Shown here: positions 19,914 to 29,519 of the stretch, in pieces
Layout: every line of letters starts with the position of its first letter
How positions within the stretch are numbered: position 1 is the first letter of the stretch
DNA from: an uncultured Eubacteriales bacterium
Lineage (GTDB): Bacteria > Bacillota > Clostridia > Oscillospirales > Acutalibacteraceae
DNA: 64,000 bases
Direction of reading: 5' to 3'
Assembly: GCA_949422855.1 (NCBI GenBank)
Contig: CASPLG010000005.1
Coordinates: forward strand, 420 to 64,419
Translations under genes and position numbers: made by a program
The notes under the pieces: model-generated
Seen by the model: the letters and a program-made list of their open reading frames with translations, nothing else
Database searches by the model: none
Told to the model about the DNA's origin: nothing

Positions 19914-20936
19914 TTACCTGTACCCCTTCCAAGGTTTTGGTATAAATAACTCCTTAAAAAGTTTTATTGCAAAATCATCAGTCATTCCGGCAATGTAGTC
20001 ACAAACACCACGCTCAATTCCTTCTGCTTTACATATATTTTGAATGTCTTCAGGAAGCTTTTTGTAATTATTGCTAAAATACTTGTATAGCCATTCAAGA
20101 ATATATATGGTCTTTTTCTCTTCAGATTTTGCCGTACTGCAAAGATAGACACTTTTATACATAAATTCATGTATCTCATCAAAAGCCCTACGGACATCTT
20201 GACTCATCCTCAGTTTATTGCCCAGCGTGTTATTAACCAATGACGTTACCATGCTATTAACTCTAGAGGAACAAGTGTTGCCCACAATTTTAATAAAATT
20301 TTCGGGTATATCCTCAATTTTTATGACCCCGGCACGAACTGCGTCATCTATATCATGATTTATATATGCTATCCTATCGCACACTCTGACAATGCGCCCC
20401 TCCACAGTCCGAGGCTCCTCACCCTTTGTGTGATGCAAAATTCCATCCCTAACCTCTTCCGTCAAATTCAATCCCAAACCATCTTTCTCCAATACTTCAA
20501 CAACTCTTACACTTTGCTCATAATGGCGAAATCCACCAGGAAAAATGCCATTCAAAACATCCTCTCCCGCATGACCAAAAGGAGTGTGCCCTAAGTCGTG
20601 TCCAAGCGCAATAGCCTCAGTCAAATCCTCATTGAGTCTGAGTGCCCTTGCAACCGTTCTCGCAATCTGCGAAACCTCCAAGGTATGAGTAAGGCGCGTT
20701 CTATAATGATCCCCTTCAGGACATATAAACACTTGCGTTTTACGTTTTAACCGTCTAAAAGCCTTGCTGTGTATAATTCTGTCCCTGTCGCACTGGAACG
20801 ACGTCCTTATTTGACAAGGTATTTCGTCCCTTTTCCTTTTTGTACAATATTTTGAAAATGCCGCCCATTTACTCAAAGTTCTTATCTCATTTTCTTCAAT
20901 CTCTTGACGTATGCTAATGTTCAAGACTTTATCCAC
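19914..20936 (-). CDS. dGTPase-like HD-domain triphosphohydrolase
   Basis: FQCDRDRIIHS, the HD motif (RLTHTLEV...GHDLGHTPFGH) and a length of 340 aa are typical of the short Firmicute Dgt family. Confidence 0.85.
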   Translation of the reverse strand: MDKVLNISIRQEIEENEIRTLSKWAAFSKYCTKRKRDEIPCQIRTSFQCDRDRIIHSKAFRRLKRKTQVFICPEGDHYRTRLTHTLEVSQIARTVARALRLNEDLTEAIALGHDLGHTPFGHAGEDVLNGIFPGGFRHYEQSVRVVEVLEKDGLGLNLTEEVRDGILHHTKGEEPRTVEGRIVRVCDRIAYINHDIDDAVRAGVIKIEDIPENFIKIVGNTCSSRVNSMVTSLVNNTLGNKLRMSQDVRRAFDEIHEFMYKSVYLCSTAKSEEKKTIYILEWLYKYFSNNYKKLPEDIQNICKAEGIERGVCDYIAGMTDDFAIKLFKELFIPKPWKGYR

Positions 20937-20944
20937 CTATAAAA

Positions 20945-21595
20945 TTAGTTTTTATCTCTGAATTGATTTTCATCGTTTATATAAACGAGCTCGTCACTTT
21001 CGATAATAATCTCTACACTGCCGGAAGATAATTTGTCGATAGCTTGTCTAAAAGTGTCAATTCTATCCCTTTCTATGTAAGTCCTGGATTCGACAGAATT
21101 CGTATAAATACAGTCAAAAAGTTTTGCTCCGAATCGGTCAACTATTTTTTTTACTTTATCAAAAACCTCATAGCCAAACCTCAACCTCACCGCAACACAA
21201 GGTCTTACCTCAACAACTTCACAGCTTTCAAGCACTAGCTCTGCACCGTGAGAATAAGCCCTAGCAAGCCCCCCTGTGCCAAGAAGAATGCCTCCAAAAT
21301 ACCTCGTCACCACTATAGCGCAGTCCGTAATTTCCATGCTTACAAGCCTGTTAAGAACTGGCATTCCGGCGGTTCTTTGAGGTTCTCCATCATCACACGA
21401 CTTACTGAAATTACCGGTGTGCAGGCGATACGCATAAACATTATGTTTTGCATCCCAGTGCTTGGATTTTATGCAACTTATGTAATCTTCTGCCGCCACA
21501 CGTGATTCAACATGCTTAGCATAACACAAAAACTTAGATCGTTTCTCTACAAACTCTGCAAACGACTCTCCACTAATTGTTCTAAACGACCCCAA
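20945..21595 (-). CDS. yigZ: YigZ / IMPACT family (UPF0029) protein
   Basis: EKRSKFLCY, HNVYAY and RYFGGILLG motifs are present. I moved the start to the TTG at 21595, which has an AGGTGGG SD 6 nt upstream. The GTG at 21619 has no SD and abuts a hairpin. Confidence 0.8.
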   Translation of the reverse strand: MGSFRTISGESFAEFVEKRSKFLCYAKHVESRVAAEDYISCIKSKHWDAKHNVYAYRLHTGNFSKSCDDGEPQRTAGMPVLNRLVSMEITDCAIVVTRYFGGILLGTGGLARAYSHGAELVLESCEVVEVRPCVAVRLRFGYEVFDKVKKIVDRFGAKLFDCIYTNSVESRTYIERDRIDTFRQAIDKLSSGSVEIIIESDELVYINDENQFRDKN

Positions 21596-21693
21596 TTTTT
21601 TCCCACCTTTGACAAACACATCGGCGACGCAAAAAAACGATGCGCCGCCCTCGCTCAGCTACAGAAAAAACTTGAGTGAATCTTCATAGCAAA

Positions 21694-21948
21694 CTATCCT
21701 CTAGACGACGACTTTGCTCTCTCAAATCTCTGATTAAACTTCTCCACTCTCCCGCCTGAATCAACAAACTTCTGCTTACCTGTAAAAAACGGGTGACATT
21801 TTGAACATATATCCACATTCAAATTTTCCTTAGTAGACCTCGTGATAAATTCGTTACCACAAGCACACCTAACCGTTGCCTCCTTATAGCTAGGATAAGA
21901 AATCTCGCCGCCCTTCTTAGTTTTCGAAGTCTTCATATCATTTGCCAT
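21694..21948 (-). CDS. rpmE: 50S ribosomal protein L31 (Cys-containing type A) with short basic N-terminal extension
   Basis: The product contains CACGNEF...[30 protein letters not shown]. The ATG at 21948 is 5 nt downstream of a GAGGTGA SD. Confidence 0.9.
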   Translation of the reverse strand: MANDMKTSKTKKGGEISYPSYKEATVRCACGNEFITRSTKENLNVDICSKCHPFFTGKQKFVDSGGRVEKFNQRFERAKSSSRG

Positions 21949-21990
21949 AGAAATCACCTCTCTAATATATCAACCATCCATAACCCCATC

Positions 21991-22018
21991 ATTATAACAC
22001 CATTTTACATCTTTGTAA
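21991..22018 (-). promoter_or_regulatory. rpmE promoter TTACAA-16-TGtTATAAT
   Basis: An extended -10 and a near-consensus -35 were read on the minus strand, about 45 nt upstream of the rpmE ATG. Confidence 0.4.
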
Positions 22019-22070
22019 AGTAACTTCTTTGTATTTATAGGTTCACCTGACATATAATCCATGACGTACC

Positions 22071-23207
22071 CTATTTCTTATTGAAAATAGACATTATATC
22101 ATAAAAATTATCGTCATCCTCTTTATCCTGCGTCTGAGGTCTATTTCCATTTACACTGTATCTGTCTATCCCCCTAGATGGACGACCAAACACAGAATCA
22201 CGACCTGACCTACTCGGCTTCCCGGAAGTTGGAACCGGTATATACGACTCACGCGTCGCAAAACCCGTAGCAATCACAGTAACACTAATCTCATCATCCA
22301 TTTTCTCGTCAAATGCGGCACCCCAAATTATATTTGCTCCGGCATCCGCCTGCTCTGCAATCATAGACGACGCAGTTTCTATCTCATCAAGGCCTATGTC
22401 CGGCGAGGATGTGACATTAATTATAACACCCTTGGCTCCATTTATAGCAGTTTCAAGCAAAGGGCTGGAAATCGCCATTTGAGCAGCTTCCTCGGCTTTA
22501 TCCTTACCAGATGCATGTCCGACACCCATGTGTGCATACCCTGCGTCCTTCATAACAGCCGTAACATCTGCAAAGTCCAAATTTACAAGTCCGGGCAACA
22601 AAATCAAATCTGAAATACTTTGAACACCCTGTCTGAGCACATCATCTGCAACTATAAAGGCATTCATAAGGGTAATTCTCTGCTGACTCGCAAATTTAAG
22701 CCTCTCATTCGGGATTACAACCAAAGAATCTACCTGTTCACGCAGAGCAGTTATACCGTTTTCAGCTTGCTCCATCCTCCTCTTGCCTTCAAACGAAAAT
22801 GGCTTAGTCACTATTCCAATCGTCAATATTCCCATTTCACGGGCTATCTGTGCCACGACCGGGGCTGCTCCCGTACCCGTTCCGCCTCCCATGCCTGCTG
22901 TTATGAAAACCATATCAGCACCTTTTAGGGCTGTAACAAGCTCGTCCCTGCTCTCCTCGGCAGACCTCTGACCGACCTCCGGTTTGGACCCTGCACCCTT
23001 ACCGTGAGTTATCTTCTCGCCAATCTGTATTTTTTGGTTTGCCTTAGACCGCAAAAGAGCCTGTCTATCCGTATTTACACAGATAAACTCCACACACTTA
23101 ACACCGGAATCAACCATCCTGTTAACAGCGTTCCCGCCGCCACCACCAACTCCTATTACCTTTATCTGAACGAGTTGGTCTGAAGTATTATCAAATTCAA
23201 AACCCAT
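22071..23207 (-). CDS. ftsZ: Cell division protein FtsZ
   Basis: The product has the tubulin signature [11 protein letters not shown] and [14 protein letters not shown]. The start is the ATG at 23207 (MGFEFD...), 7 nt after a GGGGGA SD. Confidence 0.96.
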   Translation of the reverse strand: MGFEFDNTSDQLVQIKVIGVGGGGGNAVNRMVDSGVKCVEFICVNTDRQALLRSKANQKIQIGEKITHGKGAGSKPEVGQRSAEESRDELVTALKGADMVFITAGMGGGTGTGAAPVVAQIAREMGILTIGIVTKPFSFEGKRRMEQAENGITALREQVDSLVVIPNERLKFASQQRITLMNAFIVADDVLRQGVQSISDLILLPGLVNLDFADVTAVMKDAGYAHMGVGHASGKDKAEEAAQMAISSPLLETAINGAKGVIINVTSSPDIGLDEIETASSMIAEQADAGANIIWGAAFDEKMDDEISVTVIATGFATRESYIPVPTSGKPSRSGRDSVFGRPSRGIDRYSVNGNRPQTQDKEDDDNFYDIMSIFNKK

Positions 23208-23292
23208 ATATAAATCCCCCATCGTTATCCGATTACCATTTTTATTGAAAAGAGAATTTCTCTTAATCCATACTTGTCGTATTATGTATAAT

Positions 23293-23322
23293 ATTATATC
23301 ACTTGTAGGTAAATATTTTCAA
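23293..23322 (-). promoter_or_regulatory. ftsZ promoter TTGAAA-18-TGaTATAAT
   Basis: The -35 is at 23322..23317 and the extended -10 at 23301..23293, about 85 nt upstream of the ftsZ ATG. Confidence 0.45.
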
Positions 23323-23405
23323 GAAAATATTCTTATACCTTTAAAAAAGCCGAAATTTCCTCTTTTTGCATATATAATTAGTCTTTTTCTCCTTTTTTTA
23401 AGTGA

Positions 23406-24233
23406 TTATTCCCTTATTTTAGGTGTAAAATAAGATCTATTGTCTTTATCGAGCTCAGTGACATTCAATTTCCCTTCTTCATTTTCACTAAGCTTATTCC
23501 CTAAAATTTCCCTTGCCGTAATAATTTTATAATCACATTTATCTATTTTACCTATCAAGATATCTATTCTTTTGTCATAATTCAGAGTAATTTCGCTCAA
23601 ATCCGACAAATCGATAGAATCCACCTTGTCCAGATTATGTTTTTTTATATTTTCCCTTATTTCTTTAATAGCTTTTTCCTGCTCCGGGTTCAAATACTGA
23701 ATTTGCGAGCATTCATTACAATTACCTATATTAACCCCTCGGATTACTAACAAATTTTCAGGAGTCTCATAGGATTTTTCCAGTACTCTCCCCTTTTCGC
23801 TTATATAAAAATATTCTCCGCTTTTTTCCACAGCAAAAACCGCAGCCCCAGGCTTTACGTTTATCTCAATAGATGAGGGCAATTTCTTTGTTATTTTCAC
23901 ATCTTCAATATAAGCAAAATTGTTCAGTATATTTTCCGCAGCATCATTCTTGCTCAGCAACAACAAATTAGAACCCCTTTTTATACCTGACCCATCTATT
24001 ATTTCCTGCTGCGTGTACATATCACACTTATTCACCTTCACGTTTTCTATTTTAAAAAACACCGTGAAAGACAGCTCTATAAATATCACAGACACCAAAG
24101 CAATCAGACAGTAAACTTTGATTTCCGGATTAACTTTAACCCTCCTATTCACCTTTTTCTTTCGAGGTCTCCTGCTCCCGGCACTTAATTTAGTAGATTT
24201 TTTTATTTTTGCACGTTCTTTTGTTTTTGTCAT
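23406..24233 (-). CDS. ftsQ: Cell division protein FtsQ/DivIB (POTRA domain)
   Basis: The product has a basic N-tail, a single TM helix, then POTRA-like IENVKVNK..YTQQEII..SGI..G.NLL. It occupies the expected position between murA and ftsZ. Confidence 0.75.
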   Translation of the reverse strand: MTKTKERAKIKKSTKLSAGSRRPRKKKVNRRVKVNPEIKVYCLIALVSVIFIELSFTVFFKIENVKVNKCDMYTQQEIIDGSGIKRGSNLLLLSKNDAAENILNNFAYIEDVKITKKLPSSIEINVKPGAAVFAVEKSGEYFYISEKGRVLEKSYETPENLLVIRGVNIGNCNECSQIQYLNPEQEKAIKEIRENIKKHNLDKVDSIDLSDLSEITLNYDKRIDILIGKIDKCDYKIITAREILGNKLSENEEGKLNVTELDKDNRSYFTPKIRE

Positions 24234-24283
24234 ATAAAATTTCCCTTTTTGCTCAATTTATAGTCATTTACAATGATATTATA

Positions 24284-25540
24284 TCATATCCTTTTTATAT
24301 ATGCTCCTATTTTGCATAAATTCCCCTCAATATCATCATACCCTCTGTCAATATGGCTAAGACCACTTATCTTTGTTACGCCCTCCGCACACAGTCCTGC
24401 AATGACTAATGCCGCAGCACCCCTTAAATCCGCAGCCTTAACCTCTGCACCTGAGAGTCTTTTCACACCCTCGATAACAGCAGTCCTTCCCTCAACGCTA
24501 ATATCAGCACCTAACCTCAGCAGTTCCCCCACATGCTTATACCGACTCTCAAATATATTTTCAACTATAACACTCGTACCGTCAGCGGTACAAAGCATCG
24601 CCATAATGGGAGCCTGAGCATCCGTAGGAAACCCGGGGTAAGGCATCGTTCTTATAATCTTAGTGGAAATAAGCCTGCTGGGAGCCCTTATTATGAGAGA
24701 GTTTTTGTTGGGAAAATCTATAATACCCCCCGATTCCTCAAAAATAGGAATCACAGAACTTAAGTGCCCGACGTTTACATTGTTTAGTTGCAGCTCCCCG
24801 GACGTCGCAGCTGCAGCCGCCATATAGGTTATTGCGACAATTCTGTCAGGAATGACGGTGTGTTCCGTACCTGTAAGCTTCTCCACCCCATCTATATATA
24901 TAGTGCCTTCCCCCGCACCACGGATTTTTGCTCCGCAACTGTTTAAATATTTTGCCAAATCCTGAATTTCGGGCTCCCTCGCCGCATTGGTTATCGTGGT
25001 TGTTCCTTTTGCTTTTACCGCCGCCAAAATTAAATTCTCCGTCGCACCCACACTGGGAAAAGATAGTGCAATGTTGCATCCTACAAGACCTCTGCCCACA
25101 TTACATTCAATTACGCCGTGTTTTTCCTTTAAAGTCAAGCCAAGCTGCCTCATCCCGCTAAAGTGCATATCGATAGGTCGGGGTCCTAACTCACAGCCTC
25201 CGGGAAGCGAAAACTTAGCACTGCCCAATCTCGAAACAAGTGCACCCAAAAATATAATAGAGGAACGCATTTTCCTCATAAATTCCCCCGGAATTTCGTC
25301 TCTATCTACATTCCTCGCATCAATGGTTAAATCTGACCCCTCAAATTTTACCTTGCATCCCAGATAATTTAAAATTTTTATCGTTGTATCAACGTCCGAA
25401 AGTCTAGGGCAATTATGTATAACACTTTCGCCCTCACACAAAATCGCAGCCGCCAAAATCGGAAGTATACTGTTCTTAGCTCCCTGCAGATTTATCTCTC
25501 CGCGCAGGCACCTATTCCCTTCTATAATAAGTTTAGGCAA
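24284..25540 (-). CDS. murA: UDP-N-acetylglucosamine 1-carboxyvinyltransferase
   Basis: The 418-aa EPSP-synthase-like fold shows LQGAKNS, GGCELGPRPID (Cys active-site loop) and FPTDAQAP. The start is TTG with a GGGGAGG SD 8 nt upstream. Confidence 0.93.
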   Translation of the reverse strand: MPKLIIEGNRCLRGEINLQGAKNSILPILAAAILCEGESVIHNCPRLSDVDTTIKILNYLGCKVKFEGSDLTIDARNVDRDEIPGEFMRKMRSSIIFLGALVSRLGSAKFSLPGGCELGPRPIDMHFSGMRQLGLTLKEKHGVIECNVGRGLVGCNIALSFPSVGATENLILAAVKAKGTTTITNAAREPEIQDLAKYLNSCGAKIRGAGEGTIYIDGVEKLTGTEHTVIPDRIVAITYMAAAAATSGELQLNNVNVGHLSSVIPIFEESGGIIDFPNKNSLIIRAPSRLISTKIIRTMPYPGFPTDAQAPIMAMLCTADGTSVIVENIFESRYKHVGELLRLGADISVEGRTAVIEGVKRLSGAEVKAADLRGAAALVIAGLCAEGVTKISGLSHIDRGYDDIEGNLCKIGAYIKRI

Positions 25541-25643
25541 TAGCTATTCCTCCCCAAAAAATACTCACTGACACTAATAATTTATATTGGTCATAATATT
25601 CAAAAAAGAGGAATTAGTTCCGATTACGACCCAAAAACACATC

Positions 25644-26756
25644 TCATTTAACGCTATCACAAATTACTTTGTAGATTTTTTCGCCGGCATCTGTTACAGA
25701 TAATTTTTTTAGATTTTTAGTATACTCTTTTCTTAGATTTTCATCCTCCATCAGCATCTCCACCTTATTAATTAAAAGCCCCCCCGTTAAATCTTTTTCT
25801 TCTATAATATCCGCTGCATTTAAATTCACAAGTTCCATGGCGTTATGGTACTGATGGTTTTCTGCCACATTCGGTGACGGTATCAATATAGAGGGTTTGC
25901 CCAGAGCCTCAATTTCACTGAGTGTAATCGCTCCTGCCCTGCACACTACAACATCTGCCGCCGCCATCCGGACAGGCATATCATTTATGTACTCCTGAAT
26001 ATAAAGACCGTGCCCATTAGGATTTATGCCCTTTTTTAAAAGCAAATCTTTGAACCAGGTCCCATATTTGCCATAAGCGTGCAAATGGTTATATTTACCG
26101 TTTTTTACGCTCCATTCGATTAGCTCTGCGACAGATTCATTTATTTTCCTAGCACCAAGACTTCCTCCAAAAGATAAAACTGTCGGTCTTGAATCCAGAC
26201 CCAGTATTTTCTTTGCCTCATGCTGTGTAAAATCCTTCATCTTACCCCTCAGCGGATTACCCGTTACAACCACATTGCGGCATTTATCAAAATACTTAGA
26301 TGCTGTGTTCGAAGCAAGCATTACTTTTTTTGCTTTTTTCGATAAAATTTTTGTCGTAATCCCGGGAAAGGCATTCTGTTCATGTATAATATAAGGAATT
26401 CCCCTTTTGCCTGCCTCCTTCAGCAGCGGACCACTTGCATATCCGCCTGTGCCCATACATATATCAGGCTTAAACTCGTCCAAGATTTTCTTACACTCTC
26501 TGCCGGCTAAAAATATATTCTTGAGAGTAATTATATTCTTCTTCAGCCCTGAAAAAGAAAATTTTCTCGAAAAACCCGATATTGTAATACCTCTGAAATC
26601 AAATCCGGCCTCGGCAGCCAATCCTTCTTCCATCCCCCCCTTAGCCCCAACATAAAGTATTTTCGAATCAGGCTGATTTTTCCTCACAATCTCTGCAACA
26701 GCCAATGCCGGATTAATATGTCCCGCAGTACCTCCGCCTGTAAAAATAATCCTCAA
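25644..26756 (-). CDS. murG: UDP-N-acetylglucosamine--LipidI N-acetylglucosaminyltransferase
   Basis: GGGTAGHINPALAV, GGYASGP, GGSLGA and HQYHNA motifs are present. The start is TTG with an AAGGAGG SD. Confidence 0.93.
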   Translation of the reverse strand: MRIIFTGGGTAGHINPALAVAEIVRKNQPDSKILYVGAKGGMEEGLAAEAGFDFRGITISGFSRKFSFSGLKKNIITLKNIFLAGRECKKILDEFKPDICMGTGGYASGPLLKEAGKRGIPYIIHEQNAFPGITTKILSKKAKKVMLASNTASKYFDKCRNVVVTGNPLRGKMKDFTQHEAKKILGLDSRPTVLSFGGSLGARKINESVAELIEWSVKNGKYNHLHAYGKYGTWFKDLLLKKGINPNGHGLYIQEYINDMPVRMAAADVVVCRAGAITLSEIEALGKPSILIPSPNVAENHQYHNAMELVNLNAADIIEEKDLTGGLLINKVEMLMEDENLRKEYTKNLKKLSVTDAGEKIYKVICDSVK

Positions 26757-26780
26757 AATAACTCCTCCTTCTCATTTTTG

Positions 26781-28058
26781 TCAAGCCTTTTCAACTTTAG
26801 ATGTCCTCGATATGGAAAGGACAATTCCCATCTGTGCCAAAAGCATCAAAAGAGATGTACCTCCATAACTGAAAAATGGCAAACTTATTCCCGTATTAGG
26901 TATGGTGTTTGTTACAACCGCTATATTTAAGATTACCTGTAATCCAACCTGTGCCGTCAGTCCTATCCCTAAAAGTGCACCAAACCTGTCCTTTGCTCGT
27001 ATGGATATTAAAATTCCCCTCCAAGTGAGCATCGCAAAAAGCAGCAAGATCACAACCGCTCCCACAAATCCGAGTTCCTCGCAAACAACCGAAAATATAA
27101 AATCATTTTGAGGCTCCGGAATATACAAGTACTTTTGTCTCGAATTCCCAAGTCCCAGCCCCAGAAGTCCGCCGGAACCTATGGCATAAAGTCCCTGCCT
27201 TGTCTGCCAGGTGTCAACTGACGCACTAGCGCTGAAAGGGTCCAGCCAACCCGCTATACGATTATTCGCATATGTAAGCTTATCTGTAAACATAACTAAA
27301 TATACCAGTGCGGATGATATCACCCCCAGAACCAAACCAAACCATCTAAGCTTTATTCCCCCAATAAAAAGCATCCCTCCAGCAAGAAGTATTACTATTA
27401 CCGTACATGAAATGTGTGGCTCCAGTGCCAAAAGTACAAGTGTAGGTGCCAATACCACCAAAAACGGCAAAATTCCATACCTGAAAGTGCCCATTTTATT
27501 GAAATTCAGAGTTATTAAGTGTGCAAAAAATACCACAATCGCAAATTTAGTTATTTCAGAAGCCTGAAAGCTAAATGAACCAAGCTGTATCCACCTATGC
27601 ACCCCGTTAATCGGCGGCATAAACAGCACCGCAATCAACAGCAAAAACGATACCCCTAAAATCGGCAGACAAAGCTTACGTAAATTGTTGTAGTCAAAGT
27701 AAGACAGTACGAACATTACCACAACTCCAACTACCGCAAATAAAAGTTGGTTTTTTATAAAATAAAAACTGTCGCCTTTATGAAGATAAAATGCATTCGG
27801 GTAACTTGCCGAAAATAACATAATTAGCCCTATAACCACCAACGCCAAAACCAAAAATAAAAAAGGTAAATCCAATCCTGAATTTTTCAGCAAAAAAAAC
27901 TTACCAAAAAATTCTTTTTTTAGTCCCCTGCCTTTTTTACGCTTACCACGCTTTTGTTTTTTTTCATCATTTTCACGAGAATTTGCACTGTAACTCTCAC
28001 CCTTGGCTTTAATAGGCTGTTTTTTCTTTATCGGCTCAGTTTTTTTCTTCCTTAGCAA
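26781..28058 (-). CDS. ftsW: SEDS family peptidoglycan glycosyltransferase FtsW/SpoVE
   Basis: The product has a Lys-rich N-tail, then about 10 TM helices with FQASEITKF and LPFFSYGGTSLL motifs. The start is TTG with an AGAGAGG SD. Confidence 0.9.
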   Translation of the reverse strand: MLRKKKTEPIKKKQPIKAKGESYSANSRENDEKKQKRGKRKKGRGLKKEFFGKFFLLKNSGLDLPFLFLVLALVVIGLIMLFSASYPNAFYLHKGDSFYFIKNQLLFAVVGVVVMFVLSYFDYNNLRKLCLPILGVSFLLLIAVLFMPPINGVHRWIQLGSFSFQASEITKFAIVVFFAHLITLNFNKMGTFRYGILPFLVVLAPTLVLLALEPHISCTVIVILLAGGMLFIGGIKLRWFGLVLGVISSALVYLVMFTDKLTYANNRIAGWLDPFSASASVDTWQTRQGLYAIGSGGLLGLGLGNSRQKYLYIPEPQNDFIFSVVCEELGFVGAVVILLLFAMLTWRGILISIRAKDRFGALLGIGLTAQVGLQVILNIAVVTNTIPNTGISLPFFSYGGTSLLMLLAQMGIVLSISRTSKVEKA

Positions 28059-28122
28059 CGTTAATACCTCTCTTATCCGTAAAATATTTTATACCGAAAA
28101 TAAATTTTTATCCCTAAAAACG

Positions 28123-29160
28123 TCAGACCTTGTACAGCACAATAAGCAAAGAGATTACTCCGAACACTGCCTCTGCTAAGCTAAACAGTGCACAAATCTT
28201 AATTTCACTCCATCCCAGCATCTCAAAATGATGGTGAATGGGGCTCATCCTAAAAAGTCTTTTCCCCTTTGTAACCTTGAAGTAAAGCACCTGCAAAATA
28301 ACGGAAAACATCTCACATATATACACCATCGACAGCAAAATCAATACAACATGCTGCCCCGAACCAAACCCCAACGCACAAACCATCCCGCCCAGAAACA
28401 GTGAACCGGTGTCACCCATAAATACTTTCGCCGGATAAAAATTCCATATCAAAAACCCTAAACATCCCCCGATTAATGCAGCTGACTCTACGCTAAGTCC
28501 AAACATCCCCGATACGCTCGTTATTATCATAAAAAATATGCCCGCAAAAAACGTAACCGAGGAATTAAGTCCATCTATTCCGTCAGTAAGATTTGCCGCA
28601 TTAACTATTCCTACAATCACAACCGCCGAAATAATCCAGAAAAATATCCCAAAGTCCAATCTGCCTAAAAATGGGATATCTACTGTGGTTAAATTCAAAA
28701 CACCTTGCGAGTTTCCAAAAATGTATGTCGACGCCAAATATAAAATGGCAATCGAAAACTGAAATATAAGCTTCTGTTTGGGATTTAATCCCTTATTTTG
28801 CTTCTTTACAACTTTTATATAGTCATCCAAAAAGCCAACCATCCCGTAAAGTACCGCCATTATGAGTCCTGCATATACTTTGAATATCATAAACGGAGTT
28901 TCTATGGCTTGGACTCCTATAATCCCCGAAGTAAAATAATAAAGAGGTATGCATAAAAATACAGATATAGCTATACCTAATATAAACATCAATCCACCCA
29001 TCGTAGGGGTACCCTGTTTCTTTTTATGCCATGAAGGGCCGATTTCAAGAATTGTTTGCCCGTATTTTACCCTTTGCAAAAACGGAATAAGTTTTTTGCC
29101 CGAACATGCTGTAATAAAAAACGAAAACAATGCCGCCACCATAGACCACATACCATTCAT
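28123..29160 (-). CDS. mraY: Phospho-N-acetylmuramoyl-pentapeptide transferase
   Basis: Motifs include K.GTPTMGG, NLTDGIDGL, GDTGSL and PIHHHFE in a polytopic membrane protein. Confidence 0.93.
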   Translation of the reverse strand: MNGMWSMVAALFSFFITACSGKKLIPFLQRVKYGQTILEIGPSWHKKKQGTPTMGGLMFILGIAISVFLCIPLYYFTSGIIGVQAIETPFMIFKVYAGLIMAVLYGMVGFLDDYIKVVKKQNKGLNPKQKLIFQFSIAILYLASTYIFGNSQGVLNLTTVDIPFLGRLDFGIFFWIISAVVIVGIVNAANLTDGIDGLNSSVTFFAGIFFMIITSVSGMFGLSVESAALIGGCLGFLIWNFYPAKVFMGDTGSLFLGGMVCALGFGSGQHVVLILLSMVYICEMFSVILQVLYFKVTKGKRLFRMSPIHHHFEMLGWSEIKICALFSLAEAVFGVISLLIVLYKV

Positions 29161-29331
29161 AATATATACACCGCCGCCTTTTCATATTTCCTGTGTGTTT
29201 TTCTTCCATTACTATGTTATTTGTGAAATAAGCCTTATATTCCCTAAATTTAATTAATTATATCACATTTTTATCTCCACCACTACATATAATTTAAAAT
29301 ACTATTTTAAGATACATATTAAATCATATAT

Positions 29332-29359
29332 AAAAAAGAAACGGTGATTTTGCGTTTCT
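29332..29359 (-). terminator. Terminator-like hairpin in the region upstream of mraY
   Basis: On the minus strand, AGAAACG-(9 nt)-CGTTTCT is followed by TTTTT, about 170 nt upstream of the mraY ATG. Confidence 0.4.
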
Positions 29360-29459
29360 AAAAAGTGCATCCCTGCTTGCAAAGTTTTTGACTCCCTTAT
29401 GCTACAGACAAAATCATCCAAAAATACATATATTACTTCTCTCCTGTTAATTTTCAATA

Positions 29460-29489
29460 TTGCTTTGTAGTATAGAAAAATGGTATAAT
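29460..29489 (+). promoter_or_regulatory. Promoter of the lysozyme gene, TTGCTT-18-TGgTATAAT
   Basis: The extended -10 is at 29481..29489 and a weak -35 at 29460..29465, 30 nt upstream of the SD-preceded ATG at 29520. Confidence 0.4.
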
Positions 29490-29519
29490 GTTGGAAATTA
29501 AATGTCGAGGGGAAAAATC

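Noticed and set aside
23245-23433. A 62-aa plus-strand ORF lies in the ftsQ-ftsZ intergenic region.
   Set aside because: It covers the ftsZ promoter on the opposite strand, has no SD and overlaps the 3' end of ftsQ, so it is likely spurious.
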